Of a DNA stretch of 64,000 nucleotides, positions 10,401-19,797 are shown piece after piece. Origin of the DNA: a virus (Duplodnaviria; Caudoviricetes); the IMG/VR virus record IMGVR_UViG_3300011116_001229; one strand, 5' to 3'. The notes under the pieces are model-generated. The model was given only the letters and a program-made list of their open reading frames with translations. It was not told the DNA's origin and made no database searches. A program made the position numbers and the translations under genes. Within the stretch, counting starts at the first letter, position 1, and every line of letters begins with the position of its first letter.

Positions 10401-10955
10401 AATCATGCACCAAAGCGACCCAAGGAATTAACCTGTGATATTCACAGAATTAACGTGAGGTCATCTGGTGACAATGAGAGCTATCTTGTTTTGGTGGGTA
10501 AGCTAGAAGATAAGCCATACGAAATCTTCTGCGGTCTATCGCAGCACGTTGAGGTACCGAAAAAAGCCAAGACAGGTACGATGATCAAGAATGGCAAGAA
10601 GGATGGGGTTGCGACCTACAATCTTCAGATTCCGATTGGTGATGATGATCAGCTATTGTTCAAGGACGTTGTAGAATTATTTTCAAATCCAAATCATGGA
10701 TCCATGACAAGAACTTTATCGTTAGCACTACGACATGGAGTTCCTGTTCAATACGTGGTTGAGCAGCTTCAAAAGGACAAACACAGCGGCCTTCAGTCTT
10801 TCTCTAGAGCTATCTCTCGTGTCTTAAAAACATATATTCCTGATGGAACAAAAGCGCAGTCAGACAAGATCTGCGGTTCTTGCGGTCTTGAAGGAATTGT
10901 CTACAAAGAAGGTTGCGCAACCTGTAACTCTTGCGGTTGGTCAAAATGTGGGTGA
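7452..10955 (+). CDS. nrdJ: Class II (B12-dependent) ribonucleotide reductase containing an intein
   Basis: LSNCFV, RRGGGVG, GGRRGA, TNP|CGE once the intein is removed, TAPAGS, TSGIEP, TIYRDG, C-terminal Cys ribbon. No beta-subunit gene nearby. Confidence 0.9.
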   Translation: MSYTRDEAFNASLKYFNGDELAASVFVDKYALRDASGKLHELTPSDMHRRLAREFARIEAKYPNPLSEKEIFCLLADVDHIEESKRASMTLDELASESRGFGAVVPQGSPMSAIGNEFQYQSLSNCFVIQSPYDSYAGILKADQEQAQIMKRRGGVGFDVSTIRPKGLITANAARTTDGIGVFMERFSNTCREVAQGGRRGALMLTIDVHHPEIRTFINIKRDLKKVTGANISIRLTDEFMQAVKDGEKAHLRFPVEKDAKHTVETWVDARELWHEIIEAAWASAEPGLLFWDTVKKRTPTEAYEDYRSTSTNPCIVGDTLIAVADGRNAVSIRQLAEEGKDVPVYSTNPETGQVEIKLGRKPRLTKNQVEVWKLTLDDGSFLIATPDHRIMKRDCTYVELQNLKSGDSIFPFNSFNSNGYRQVSNTGVLMTGGARRNRRQYRLIHEFHFGPVDPKIHAIHHIDCDSLNDSIENMRIMTHKEHHDLHSKNMLGESNPYFKMSEEWKTNFATHPGETNGRFSGHTNDQLLEHGRNLFEKHGKLTGKIWSDHAKKHGLPQFLANKFRFESWNNFVNQVSNNHKVVSVEKFGIEDVYNITVDDNHNYHVITSHEDSKFVVSSGICVKNCGEIVLSPYDSCRLLLVNLYKFVKNPFTSAASYDNERLKDVAVKAQRLMDDLIDLEIEAVDKIIAKIQNDPEPEDVKRSELDLWTKIKKAALGGRRTGLGITALGDTLAAMGFVYGSKNSIQMTESLYKALALSAYRSTVAMAAERGAFPVFSHKLEEKHPFIQQILEADPDLAKDYKKHGRRNIALTTTAPAGSVSVLTQTTSGIEPAFMLFYKRRKKVNGDDPNVRVDFVDPLGDKWQEYMVYHHAFKKWMEVNGKTETDFAESPYHGGTANEIDWVAKVDLQAAAQKWICHSISNTTNIPNSTSVDVVKGIYMRGWETGCKGVTIYRDGCRTGVLVAETPKEEQTIEGQPDTLIENHAPKRPKELTCDIHRINVRSSGDNESYLVLVGKLEDKPYEIFCGLSQHVEVPKKAKTGTMIKNGKKDGVATYNLQIPIGDDDQLLFKDVVELFSNPNHGSMTRTLSLALRHGVPVQYVVEQLQKDKHSGLQSFSRAISRVLKTYIPDGTKAQSDKICGSCGLEGIVYKEGCATCNSCGWSKCG
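8394..9326 (+). mobile_element. 311-aa intein with HNH homing endonuclease
   Basis: Starts CIVGDT and ends ICVKN before +1 Cys; block B ATPDH; HNH-type IHHID...N.SIENM...H. Removal restores NPCGE. Confidence 0.92.
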
Positions 10956-10978
10956 TTAATTGATTTTTTCACCTACTT

Positions 10979-11332
10979 ATGTTGTCGACTATGAGCAAGC
11001 GTAGAGATAGAGGCAGTGATTTTGAAGAAAGAGTATATGATAGTGTGAAGAAGAGGTTACTAGAAACAAATACAAGGTGGCGCGGTGAGTCGACACGTTC
11101 GTATGCAGAAGGTAATTTGACTTCGATTCCTGAGTTTGTCATCGACGAATTGTCTGAAGAGTTTGTTAATAGTTTGGGAAGAAGAATTATTGCTCAGATA
11201 AATGTACAACCGCTCGAGCCACAGACGCGTAGAAACCTAAAGGCTCAACTCAATGATCTATTAACTTCAATGAAGAAAGATCTTAAAAATACAACAAAGA
11301 GCCACTTAGATCGTTTCTTTCAAGTGTATTGA
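10979..11332 (+). CDS. Hypothetical protein
   Basis: 117-aa ORF between nrdJ and a terminator. Confidence 0.6.
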   Translation: MLSTMSKRRDRGSDFEERVYDSVKKRLLETNTRWRGESTRSYAEGNLTSIPEFVIDELSEEFVNSLGRRIIAQINVQPLEPQTRRNLKAQLNDLLTSMKKDLKNTTKSHLDRFFQVY

Positions 11333-11357
11333 TAACTACAACATATGTAACAATTTG

Positions 11358-11387
11358 AAGGCTGATCTTTTTTGATCAGCCTTTTTT
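11358..11387 (+). terminator. Rho-independent terminator
   Basis: AAGGCTGATC-tttttt-GATCAGCCTT followed by a T run. Confidence 0.85.
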
Positions 11388-11412
11388 GTTCACATTGACT
11401 TGACTTTGTATT

Positions 11413-12081
11413 ATGTGGGCTATGCCTCCGCAACCTAATAAAGTTGAGTTGATTGGTTTTTATGGATCTGATGAAATTCATGCTCTTTCAGCGTGGACTT
11501 CAACTTCAAGAGATCTTACGGAAGAAAAGAGAAGTCGAATTCCTAATCTTTTAAAAATGTTGGCCGAAAATGGACATGAAACTCCTTTTGAAAAATCTTC
11601 GCTACATTTTCTTGTAACGACAGAGATAGCTACACACGCACAACTCCTTAAACATCGTATTGGTGTCTCTATCAACGCTGAGTCTGCTCGTTATAAAGAG
11701 CTCAAGGATGATAAGTACTATGTTCCCGTTGATTGGCCCGCAGCTGAAAAAGAGCTCTACATCGAGCACATGGAATCTTCTCTTCAAAAGTACCATGAGA
11801 CGCTTGAACGCTTAGTTCAAGGAGGAATGTCAAGAAAGCGCGCAAAGGAGTCTGCTAGACTATATCTTCCCTATGGCAATCAGATCACTGCTGACATTAT
11901 GTTTAATTTTCGAAGCTTCGTCCACTTTATTCGCCTACGATATTCAGAACACGCGCAATTAGAGATCAGAGATATTGCAAGTTGCATGTTAAACCTAGTA
12001 GAATCTACTAAAGTCTTTCCGGCAACTTTAGAGGCATTTGGACTCACGGAAAGCGGCGTATTAAGAAGACCATTTTCATGA
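11413..12081 (+). CDS. thyX: Flavin-dependent thymidylate synthase (true start possibly 11422)
   Basis: GHETPFE, KHRIGVSINAESARY (ThyX motif), ARLYLP, HAQLEIR. Confidence 0.92.
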   Translation: MWAMPPQPNKVELIGFYGSDEIHALSAWTSTSRDLTEEKRSRIPNLLKMLAENGHETPFEKSSLHFLVTTEIATHAQLLKHRIGVSINAESARYKELKDDKYYVPVDWPAAEKELYIEHMESSLQKYHETLERLVQGGMSRKRAKESARLYLPYGNQITADIMFNFRSFVHFIRLRYSEHAQLEIRDIASCMLNLVESTKVFPATLEAFGLTESGVLRRPFS

Positions 12082-12665
12082 GTAAAATTATCGTTTTTGA
12101 AGGTGCAGATCGCTGTGGAAAAGCTACACAGAGCGCTATTCTTAAAGATCATATTCAATCTTTGGGGAACACTGCGGCAATTGTAGAAGTACCAATCCGC
12201 TCTGCTATCACATATAGAGCTATTTATTGGATGCTTAAGAATGGACTCGCAAAAAATCTTCCAAAAACATTCCAGGTCATTCAATTCCTCAATAGAAAGT
12301 TTTTTCAGTGGTTTACTCTCCCACGCCTAGAGAAAGTTTATGACTACATTATCTTAGATAGATGGAGTTTATCAACTGTTATTTACGGCGGCGCTGAAGG
12401 TGTTTCGCAGTGTTTTACTGTTGGTCTCTCAAAATTTCTGCGTGATCCTGATCACACTGTTGTCCTAATTGGCAAATCGTTTCCTCACGATGCGGAGGAT
12501 GTATATGAAGCTGATCAAGCTCTTCAAGAAAAAGTCAGAGAAGGTTATGCCCAATGGGTAGTGAATAACTACGACAAGGCTAGTCTTCATGACTGTCGGC
12601 AAGAAAAGCATGTTCTAGCAAAAAAGATACAACTAGTTTTATCATCTAAGAAAATCATCCCTTGA
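12078..12665 (+). CDS. tmk: Thymidylate (dTMP) kinase
   Basis: FEGADRCGKATQ P-loop, LDRW motif; coupled to thyX by an ATGA overlap. Confidence 0.85.
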   Translation: MSKIIVFEGADRCGKATQSAILKDHIQSLGNTAAIVEVPIRSAITYRAIYWMLKNGLAKNLPKTFQVIQFLNRKFFQWFTLPRLEKVYDYIILDRWSLSTVIYGGAEGVSQCFTVGLSKFLRDPDHTVVLIGKSFPHDAEDVYEADQALQEKVREGYAQWVVNNYDKASLHDCRQEKHVLAKKIQLVLSSKKIIP

Positions 12666-12687
12666 GCGATGATATATTTAGAGATAC

Positions 12688-13632
12688 ATGCACTACATCA
12701 CGCCTAAGAAAATAAAGAAGGGATCAAGAGTCGCGATTGTTGCTCCCTCGTCCGCTGTTCACACAGACCGTCTAAGCGTCGGTCTAGATATCATGAGAGA
12801 ACACGGCTTAGTTCCTGTTCTTGGTCCATGCGTCAAGAGGCTTAAGATTGATGGAATGCATGCAGCGCCTCTTGAAGACAGAATTGATGAGCTCAATTGG
12901 GCATTTTCTAGTGATGAGATTTCCGCTGTATTTTGTGCAATAGGTGGAATCGGAAGTTCTGCTGTTTTACCCTATCTTAATTATGATGCCATTTATAATA
13001 GCAGAAAACCTTTACTTGGTAGGTCTGACATCTCAGCATTAAATTGCGGTATTTTAAAGCACGCCGGACTAATCAGCATAAATGGTCAGACTCCGAGTAT
13101 ACGTCTAGATAAAGGTAGCAAGCACCAAATTGGTCAAACTGACTCTTTTGTGAGAACGTTAAAGTTAATGATGTCAAATAGACCTTGGGGCATTTCGCCG
13201 CTTACACACAATGAGTATATACCCCGAACAGTATCTTCAGGTATTGCTGGAGGTCATGCGATCGGTTGTACTGCCGACACAATCTCAAGACTGATAGGCA
13301 CACCACACGAGCCAGACTTTTCAGATGCAATCTTATTTTTAGAAGACATTCATGAAAGCCCCCAGAGCCTTGCAAGAATTTTCTTGCATATGAAGTTGGC
13401 GGGTGTGCTAGATAGAGTTGCAGGTGTGGTCATTGGAGAATTTCAAGACATTAGAGATGCAGATGATCATGATATGGAAGAGGTCGTTAAAGAATATTTC
13501 TCAGACGGCCCACCATGCGTCTTTGGATATTCTTTTTCTCACGGATCTACTGTGTCACCCATTCCAGTTGGTGCCCAGTGCACAATGAATGCAGATACTG
13601 GAGATATTTCTTTCGATTTTTCAATGGGTTGA
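12688..13632 (+). CDS. Peptidase S66 (LD-carboxypeptidase/MccF family)
   Basis: VAPSS, GGIGS, GRSDIS (catalytic Ser), LFLED (Glu), FSHG (His). Confidence 0.88.
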   Translation: MHYITPKKIKKGSRVAIVAPSSAVHTDRLSVGLDIMREHGLVPVLGPCVKRLKIDGMHAAPLEDRIDELNWAFSSDEISAVFCAIGGIGSSAVLPYLNYDAIYNSRKPLLGRSDISALNCGILKHAGLISINGQTPSIRLDKGSKHQIGQTDSFVRTLKLMMSNRPWGISPLTHNEYIPRTVSSGIAGGHAIGCTADTISRLIGTPHEPDFSDAILFLEDIHESPQSLARIFLHMKLAGVLDRVAGVVIGEFQDIRDADDHDMEEVVKEYFSDGPPCVFGYSFSHGSTVSPIPVGAQCTMNADTGDISFDFSMG

Positions 13633-13675
13633 TACAAGACTGATTTAAGCTGTATAAGATAACCACGAGGTACTT

Positions 13676-13939
13676 ATGAGTTATAAAATTTCAGATTCAG
13701 TCGCAATGCGTTTCATTCAAATCTTTCAAGAAGCTGTCTTGATGGGTCTAGATGGAGCTGACTTAATGAGACAAGTAAGATTAGTTGTCGATTCTGAAGA
13801 AGCTGATACATTAACACTTGATCCTGAATATAAGAAATTTGTTCAGGAATCTCACGAAAAGTATTTGGCCGACATTGAAAAGAAACTTTCTACAAATAGT
13901 GATCTCAATATTCAGTTCGAAGATTCAAAAAAAGTTTAG
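13676..13939 (+). CDS. Hypothetical protein
   Basis: 87-aa ORF with GAGG Shine-Dalgarno. Confidence 0.65.
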   Translation: MSYKISDSVAMRFIQIFQEAVLMGLDGADLMRQVRLVVDSEEADTLTLDPEYKKFVQESHEKYLADIEKKLSTNSDLNIQFEDSKKV

Positions 13940-14019
13940 TCGAGGGGTTACCTTACAAAAAGTAATGATTATCTTCTGATCACAAGGCAACAGCCTAATA
14001 ACACAGGAGAAACAATACT

Positions 14020-14397
14020 ATGTTAGCTAAGTACTATTTGGACAGACTTGACTCTCGTAATTTTTTTGATCCCTTTTGCTCCCTTTCTGAACTTGCTTGG
14101 TCAGAGACGCCCGGTAAATCTAAACGAAGAATTAGTTATGACATCACGTCAGATGACAATTCTTTAACTCTCACAGTTGACTTACCAGGTGTAAAAAAAG
14201 AAGATTTGCAAGTCGAAGCCACTGGCCAAACGATTGCTGTAAAAGCAAAAAGGGGAGAAGAAGATTGTTCAACAACCTATAAGATCTCTAAAGAATATGA
14301 CACATCTCAAGTAGATGCGCACCTTGACGATGGTGTTCTTACGCTTAAATTCAATAGAGCAAAGTCAGCAGACGTTAAACGGATTGTTATTAGATAG
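14020..14397 (+). CDS. Small heat-shock protein (Hsp20)
   Basis: VDLPGVKKEDLQV, AHLDDGVLTL; AGGAG Shine-Dalgarno. Confidence 0.9.
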   Translation: MLAKYYLDRLDSRNFFDPFCSLSELAWSETPGKSKRRISYDITSDDNSLTLTVDLPGVKKEDLQVEATGQTIAVKAKRGEEDCSTTYKISKEYDTSQVDAHLDDGVLTLKFNRAKSADVKRIVIR

Positions 14398-14423
14398 CTG
14401 ATAAACTCTGATATTTAGAAATA

Positions 14424-14455
14424 GGGGGGACGCGTCAAAAAGCGTCCCCTTTTTT
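14424..14455 (+). terminator. Rho-independent terminator
   Basis: GGGGACGC-gtcaaaaa-GCGTCCCC followed by TTTTTT. Confidence 0.85.
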
Positions 14456-14509
14456 ATTTTCAATGAATAATTAGTATCATCTGTTTATAGAAACACTATT
14501 AGGACTAAA

Positions 14510-15706
14510 ATGCGTCTAGACAACAAAACTCAAAAATTGCACAGCGTAATCAAATACAAGGCATATACATCTCTCCTTGAGGGAAGAATCACTCAGAAAG
14601 AGTACAATATGCTCTCTGAGATCGGTTTTCTCGACAAGATCAAATCTTTTTTTGGTGGCGGAGTTGATGTCAGCAAGGACCTGGGCAAATTATTTTCTAA
14701 CAAGGTTGCACAGCGTCAATTAACAGCAGCAAAAGATGCAATTACGAAAGCTGTTCAAGATTTAAGAAAAGTTGCAGGTGAAGCTGGCGTTGATGAAGAC
14801 ACAATCAATGAGTTTTTGATGGGCGTCTTTAAGAGTGCTGATATTGATCCTGCCGAGGTAGCATCAGCAGGCAAGGGCGGCGGTGAGGACAAGGGCGGAG
14901 AGAGCGCAGCAGGAGAGGCTCCAAGTGGCACGCCAGTCAGCGCTGCAGCTATTGAAAAGAACCCTGCAGTTATTACAAGGATAGTTGCTGACGTCACTGG
15001 CAAAGATGAAGAGAAAGTCGCAGCTGAGATCGAGAAGAAGAAGCCCGATGTCGCTGCTCTGTCAGCTGTTCTTGGCAACGCAATCGGTAAAAATGTTGGT
15101 GTTGATGGAAAGATCGTTACAGACGTCGTCAAGGCTCTGATTGACAAGGGACATCTTAAGCTTGAGAACGGAAATCGTCTCACTCTCCGCGGATTAATGA
15201 GCTTTATTAATGAAGTAAATGAGTTAAACAATCAGTATGATCTCATGGAAAGATGGCAGAAACTTGCAGGTGTAAGAACTGGTGTAATGTTAGAGGGTCG
15301 AACAGGAGACATTCTAAAAGACATAAAAGCGAAAAAAATAAAGTCTGTAGAAGAGCTTGAAGCAAGAATTAAGCAGGCTACTGCCGATGGTCAAGGTGGT
15401 CAAGTTCTTAAAAGAAAAGATGAGATTATGTCTGCATTTAAAGAAATTAATCCAGACGTCAAGCCTCAAGATGAGAAAAAAATTGATACAGCAATTCAGG
15501 ACGCAGGAAAAGATGCGCCCGCAGGCGGTGATAAGAAAGAAATTTCACCTGAAGATCAAAAGAAAGCTGAAGAAGTCAAGAAAGAGTTTGGACCTGCTTT
15601 CAAGGATGTCCGAGCTGTTATCGATCCCAAGAAGGTCGATGATACAACTTTAGCCAAGGTGATAGGTGCAATTGACGGCTTTAAGTCTGTTTCGATTGCT
15701 GCTTAA
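14510..15706 (+). CDS. Hypothetical protein, possibly virion-associated
   Basis: 398-aa helical-looking ORF with MERWQKLAG segment; TAATTA upstream. Confidence 0.7.
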   Translation: MRLDNKTQKLHSVIKYKAYTSLLEGRITQKEYNMLSEIGFLDKIKSFFGGGVDVSKDLGKLFSNKVAQRQLTAAKDAITKAVQDLRKVAGEAGVDEDTINEFLMGVFKSADIDPAEVASAGKGGGEDKGGESAAGEAPSGTPVSAAAIEKNPAVITRIVADVTGKDEEKVAAEIEKKKPDVAALSAVLGNAIGKNVGVDGKIVTDVVKALIDKGHLKLENGNRLTLRGLMSFINEVNELNNQYDLMERWQKLAGVRTGVMLEGRTGDILKDIKAKKIKSVEELEARIKQATADGQGGQVLKRKDEIMSAFKEINPDVKPQDEKKIDTAIQDAGKDAPAGGDKKEISPEDQKKAEEVKKEFGPAFKDVRAVIDPKKVDDTTLAKVIGAIDGFKSVSIAA

Positions 15707-15728
15707 TATCACACTTACTTGATACTTG

Positions 15729-15765
15729 AAGCGCCTAACAAGTTACAATACTTTTAGGCGCTTTT
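15729..15765 (+). terminator. Inverted repeat: terminator and/or operator
   Basis: AAGCGCCTAA-C-AAGT-[TACAAT]-ACTT-TTAGGCGCTT then TT, immediately before the methyltransferase ATG. Confidence 0.6.
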
Positions 15766-16548
15766 ATGTATTTGCGAAAAGATTTACACAAAGATGGACT
15801 GACTATTTGCGGTGACTGCACTGATCCTGACGTTCTTGCTGAAGTCAAAACTTACCTTGAAAGTCAAGGTCAAGGAAAAGCAGCATTGATCTATGCTGAT
15901 CCACCTTACGGTAATATCTTAGATGAAAAATGGGATAAAACCAAGCTTAATGAAAAGCAATTTGCGTCCTGGATGATCGATTGGTCAAAACAGTGGTGCG
16001 ATGTTCTTGAAGACGGCGGCGCTTTTTATGTGTGGGGCGGTGTAGGTAAAAGAAATTTCCGTCCCTTCTTTCAATACATGCTTGACGCCGAAACTGACTC
16101 ATTCCAGTTAGCCAATCTAATTACGTGGAAAAAGAAGCGTGCATACGGTGTACCCAGAAATTATATCTTCACACGAGAAGAGCTTGCTTATTTCGTTAAA
16201 GGTCGCGCTGATAGACCTCGAAAATTTAACATTCCTTACCTGGATGACAAGCGAGGTTATGCAGGATACAACAAGAAATATCCTGCCAAGAGTGAATTTT
16301 ATCGTAGAACAAACGTGTGGACTGACATTACTGAGATCTTCAAAGGCAAAGTTCACCCTACGGAGAAACCTACAAGACTTGCTCAGATTCCTATCGAAAT
16401 TCACACAGAGCAAGATGAATATGTGATTGACATGTTTGCAGGAAGCGGTTCCACAGCTCATGCTGCAAGACTGCTAGGAAGAAAATTCATTCTTGTAGAA
16501 AAAGATCCAGCGTACTATGATAAAATTATTGACTCTTTAAAAATTTAA
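15766..16548 (+). CDS. N6-adenine/N4-cytosine DNA methyltransferase (beta class)
   Basis: DPPY precedes HPTEKP and VIDMFAGSGST. Confidence 0.92.
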   Translation: MYLRKDLHKDGLTICGDCTDPDVLAEVKTYLESQGQGKAALIYADPPYGNILDEKWDKTKLNEKQFASWMIDWSKQWCDVLEDGGAFYVWGGVGKRNFRPFFQYMLDAETDSFQLANLITWKKKRAYGVPRNYIFTREELAYFVKGRADRPRKFNIPYLDDKRGYAGYNKKYPAKSEFYRRTNVWTDITEIFKGKVHPTEKPTRLAQIPIEIHTEQDEYVIDMFAGSGSTAHAARLLGRKFILVEKDPAYYDKIIDSLKI

Positions 16549-16556
16549 GCAGTCGT

Positions 16557-17120
16557 ATGCGTACAAGAGCTAATTATAGAACGAATGGGCTGTCAATGAA
16601 AATGTCACTCTTGTTGAATGACGATTACACACCCTTAAATTTTGTCTCTCCAATTCGTGCTTTGACGCTTTTATTTAGAGGAAGTGCTGAAGTTGTATCT
16701 GTTGATGGTCCAAGCATGTGGGATATCACATATGCAACTACTAGCAGAGAGTATAAAGCTCCAGCAACTTTGCGTCTGAAAAGAAGAGTCCCAAGAATTG
16801 AGGTACCGCCTCGCTTTCGAAGAAAAGCTCTGTTCAATAGAGATAATTGGCAGTGTCAATATTGTGGCGTTGATCTAGATGATGACACTGTTACAATTGA
16901 TCACATTATTCCAAAGACGCGAGGTGGTCCAAGGTCTTGGAAAAATTGTGTTACAGCGTGTAAAAAATGCAATTTAAAGAAGGGTTCAAAAGCTTTGTCT
17001 GAATCGGGTCTTCGTCTTTTAAAGAGTCCTGCTTCGCCAAAGATTCATCACTTTTGGGACATTCGTAAGAAAAATTTTGAGTGGCATTCTGACTGGGTTC
17101 ATTTCTTAAACAACATGTAG
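16557..17120 (+). CDS. HNH endonuclease (McrA-like); true start may be slightly downstream
   Basis: LLLNDDYTPL, RDNWQCQYCG, TIDHIIP, NCVTACKKCN.KG. Confidence 0.88.
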   Translation: MRTRANYRTNGLSMKMSLLLNDDYTPLNFVSPIRALTLLFRGSAEVVSVDGPSMWDITYATTSREYKAPATLRLKRRVPRIEVPPRFRRKALFNRDNWQCQYCGVDLDDDTVTIDHIIPKTRGGPRSWKNCVTACKKCNLKKGSKALSESGLRLLKSPASPKIHHFWDIRKKNFEWHSDWVHFLNNM

Positions 17121-17133
17121 ATAATTACTTGTT

Positions 17134-17334
17134 GTGAAAGATACGTCAAATAAGCGCTTGAGATTGCTGCTAAGACAACTTGTTAAAGAAGCTGTATTGG
17201 CTGGGTCTCACCCAGACGAATCTTATAAAAATCAAATGATAGACGACCCTGCTTTTAATGAAAAAAGCGTCTATGTATCTGATGATATCAAAGATGCTAT
17301 AAAGAAATGGCTGAAGGCCATGAAGTTAGATTAA
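17134..17334 (+). CDS. Hypothetical protein with shared N-terminal motif
   Basis: GTG start after TAATTA; LRLLLRQLVKEA. Confidence 0.6.
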   Translation: MKDTSNKRLRLLLRQLVKEAVLAGSHPDESYKNQMIDDPAFNEKSVYVSDDIKDAIKKWLKAMKLD

Positions 17335-17385
17335 TTTTTCAACCTTTTGCGCTCGTTGATATTTAGAAACTAGGAGTGTCTTTGA

Positions 17386-18519
17386 ATGCAACTCAAGCTG
17401 AAGAATCTGCAAGGAATCGTCAAAGAGACGATGAAGAGAGAAAAAGCTGCACATCAGTTAATGAAAGAAGCAGTTGAAGTTTTTGGTCCGACTGTTGAAG
17501 TCTCAAGCGATCCGCGCCGAGTTTTCGCAGCGATCAATGATAAATTAACCGTTATGGAAGCGCGCGGCCAAGATCTGCCAGTTGGATCTTTGAGAGTCTC
17601 AGCATTATTGTCAGCTGCTGAAACTAACAAAGAAGCTAGAAAATTAGCAGCAAGATTACTTCCTGAAAAATATGCTGTTAAATTTTTAACTGATAAAGAC
17701 TCGAGCGTTAGATGCGCAGCAGCAAAGAGGTTTTCTTATGATCAGCTTGCTGAAACGCTGAGAAGATATCCATTCGATGATCAGCTCTTGACTATAGCAC
17801 AGCAAAAGCGTCTTTTTGAAGCAGGAATTCCTACACCAAAATCTGACGATGATCAATTTGATATGTACGGTGACGGTCCTATCGCTGAGATTCTCGATGG
17901 ATATGAACCAGAAGATTTAACAGATGGCTGGTACAAGAGGATGGCTGTTAAGATTTTCAACGATTATAGAGGTAGACTAGACGGTAACTGGAAACACCTA
18001 GCTGTTTCAAGGCTCTGCTCGAGCATATACGCAACGTCTGGCGTCAAAGTCGATTACATGAAACTCACAGAAGAACTCGAAGCAGTGTGTGAGAACTATG
18101 GCTTCCTCAAGGAGGGCTTTGCCTTTGAAGAGACTAAAGAAAGACTTATCTTTGAAGCAGACGAAGCAGAAACTAATGTTATGCCCGTCCTCGATGAGAG
18201 CTTCTTTGCTGATCCTATTAAGGAATTGCTTCGAGAAGGATCTTCAAAAACAAGCTATGTTGACTCTGCAAACAAGCTGTTTAACATTACACATGACTTA
18301 ATAGAAGAATCACTGTACACGGGTGATGTGCAATTAGTTGAAGCTCCTCAATATGGACGACTTCCCGGTGGTTATAATTGGAACTCGTCTGCTGAGAAAG
18401 CTCTTGATAGATACGTAAGTAATTGGAATGAAAGAGCAGACGCGAGAGGCTCTAATTGTAGAATTGCTTGGAATTACGGCTTTAACACAAAAATTAACTT
18501 TTCAGTGGTGGACAAATGA
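17386..18519 (+). CDS. Hypothetical protein with shared N-terminal motif
   Basis: 377 aa; MQLKLKNLQGIVKE; TATTTA and AGGAG upstream. Confidence 0.7.
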   Translation: MQLKLKNLQGIVKETMKREKAAHQLMKEAVEVFGPTVEVSSDPRRVFAAINDKLTVMEARGQDLPVGSLRVSALLSAAETNKEARKLAARLLPEKYAVKFLTDKDSSVRCAAAKRFSYDQLAETLRRYPFDDQLLTIAQQKRLFEAGIPTPKSDDDQFDMYGDGPIAEILDGYEPEDLTDGWYKRMAVKIFNDYRGRLDGNWKHLAVSRLCSSIYATSGVKVDYMKLTEELEAVCENYGFLKEGFAFEETKERLIFEADEAETNVMPVLDESFFADPIKELLREGSSKTSYVDSANKLFNITHDLIEESLYTGDVQLVEAPQYGRLPGGYNWNSSAEKALDRYVSNWNERADARGSNCRIAWNYGFNTKINFSVVDK

Positions 18520-19088
18520 ATCTAAAATCTTCTGGAGTAGTTCCTGTAAAGGCTGCAGTTACTGTAGTTGCTGTTGAGCCTAACATTAATATCTTGACAG
18601 ATAATATGATTGCTGAGTGGGGACACGTCCCATATGCAGGCTTGTCAGTCGTCTTATCGCATCTTAAGTATTTGTATGAATTGCATCAGTATCATCACTG
18701 GACTGCAATGGGTGACCCTTTCTACGGAGATCATTTGCTCTTTCAGCGTTTATATGATGGCGTCTCAAAAGAGATTGACATGATTGCTGAGAAAGCTATT
18801 GGTCTAGGCTGCACGACAAATGTTGACCTTCACCTAGTTCATTCTCAAGTTCTAAAATTGATCTCTGGCACTGATTCCGCGACTATGATTCCTCAATCTT
18901 CTGACCTTGCAAGAAAATCTTTGATGGCGGAGACGAATTTCTTAAAAGTGATTGAGCACATTATCTCGCACCTTCAAGAGTGCGGTCTTCTCACCTCAGG
19001 ACTTTCAAATATGCTTGAAGGAATTGCTGACTCTCATGAAGGGCATGTTTATTTGTTAAAGCAGAGAGTCTCTAATCCCCTAGTTTAA
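18516..19088 (+). CDS. Dps/ferritin-like protein
   Basis: HHW...G..FYGDHLLF..LY......D.IAEK, the Dps ferroxidase pattern. Confidence 0.8.
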   Translation: MNLKSSGVVPVKAAVTVVAVEPNINILTDNMIAEWGHVPYAGLSVVLSHLKYLYELHQYHHWTAMGDPFYGDHLLFQRLYDGVSKEIDMIAEKAIGLGCTTNVDLHLVHSQVLKLISGTDSATMIPQSSDLARKSLMAETNFLKVIEHIISHLQECGLLTSGLSNMLEGIADSHEGHVYLLKQRVSNPLV

Positions 19089-19096
19089 GGAACATT

Positions 19097-19789
19097 ATGA
19101 AACTTACAACCTCACAGCTTCGTCAAATTATCAAAGAAGAACTTAATGATATTAATAGCGTCACAAACGATTCTCAGCGTTTCTTGCACGGCTATGAAGA
19201 GAATCATCCTCACGATGACGAAGGTTATATGCTGAAGTCTAATCTGTATTCTATGAAACAGATGGCGGAAGAAGTCTGTGAAATTGTTCAGTCGGATGAT
19301 CAGCTTCCAGGTTGGGTACAAGAACTTTTAGCCGTATCTCATGAGAATCTCTCACACGTGCATCGGTACCTTACAGGCGATGAAGCACTGAGAAAATATT
19401 CTCAGCAGCCACAAATGAAAGAATCTAAACTGAACGAGAGTCATAATCGTATCACTAAAGAAGAGATGGATGCTTGGATGAGAGGTGACTGGGGTTTTGT
19501 TTCAGAAGGGGGCACTATGAAGACCTATGATAACAATACCGACTGGGTGAACGCTGTCTATTCTGATGATCGTACCATTGGACAATTGCTTAATGCTCAT
19601 GATGACATGTCAAAAACCCCCATTCGAGGTTACGACGTGTCCGTATCAAGTTCTGCATTTCAAGATCTTTTACCTTATGAAGATTTGAAGATCAATAATT
19701 TACAAGATCCAAAAATTAATGAAAGAGTCAAAGAACTTGTTTCTGATTTGATAAGCTTGGCTGCTGCTATAGACGAAGACATGATGTGA
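19097..19789 (+). CDS. Hypothetical protein with shared N-terminal motif
   Basis: MKLTTSQLRQIIKEEL. Confidence 0.7.
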   Translation: MKLTTSQLRQIIKEELNDINSVTNDSQRFLHGYEENHPHDDEGYMLKSNLYSMKQMAEEVCEIVQSDDQLPGWVQELLAVSHENLSHVHRYLTGDEALRKYSQQPQMKESKLNESHNRITKEEMDAWMRGDWGFVSEGGTMKTYDNNTDWVNAVYSDDRTIGQLLNAHDDMSKTPIRGYDVSVSSSAFQDLLPYEDLKINNLQDPKINERVKELVSDLISLAAAIDEDMM

Positions 19790-19797
19790 ATATCTCT

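Noticed and set aside
13940-14019. Heat-shock control element (CIRCE or sigma32 promoter) before Hsp20, also sought before groEL
   Set aside because: No TTAGCACTC-N9-GAGTGCTAA and no convincing CTTGAA/CCCCAT pair.
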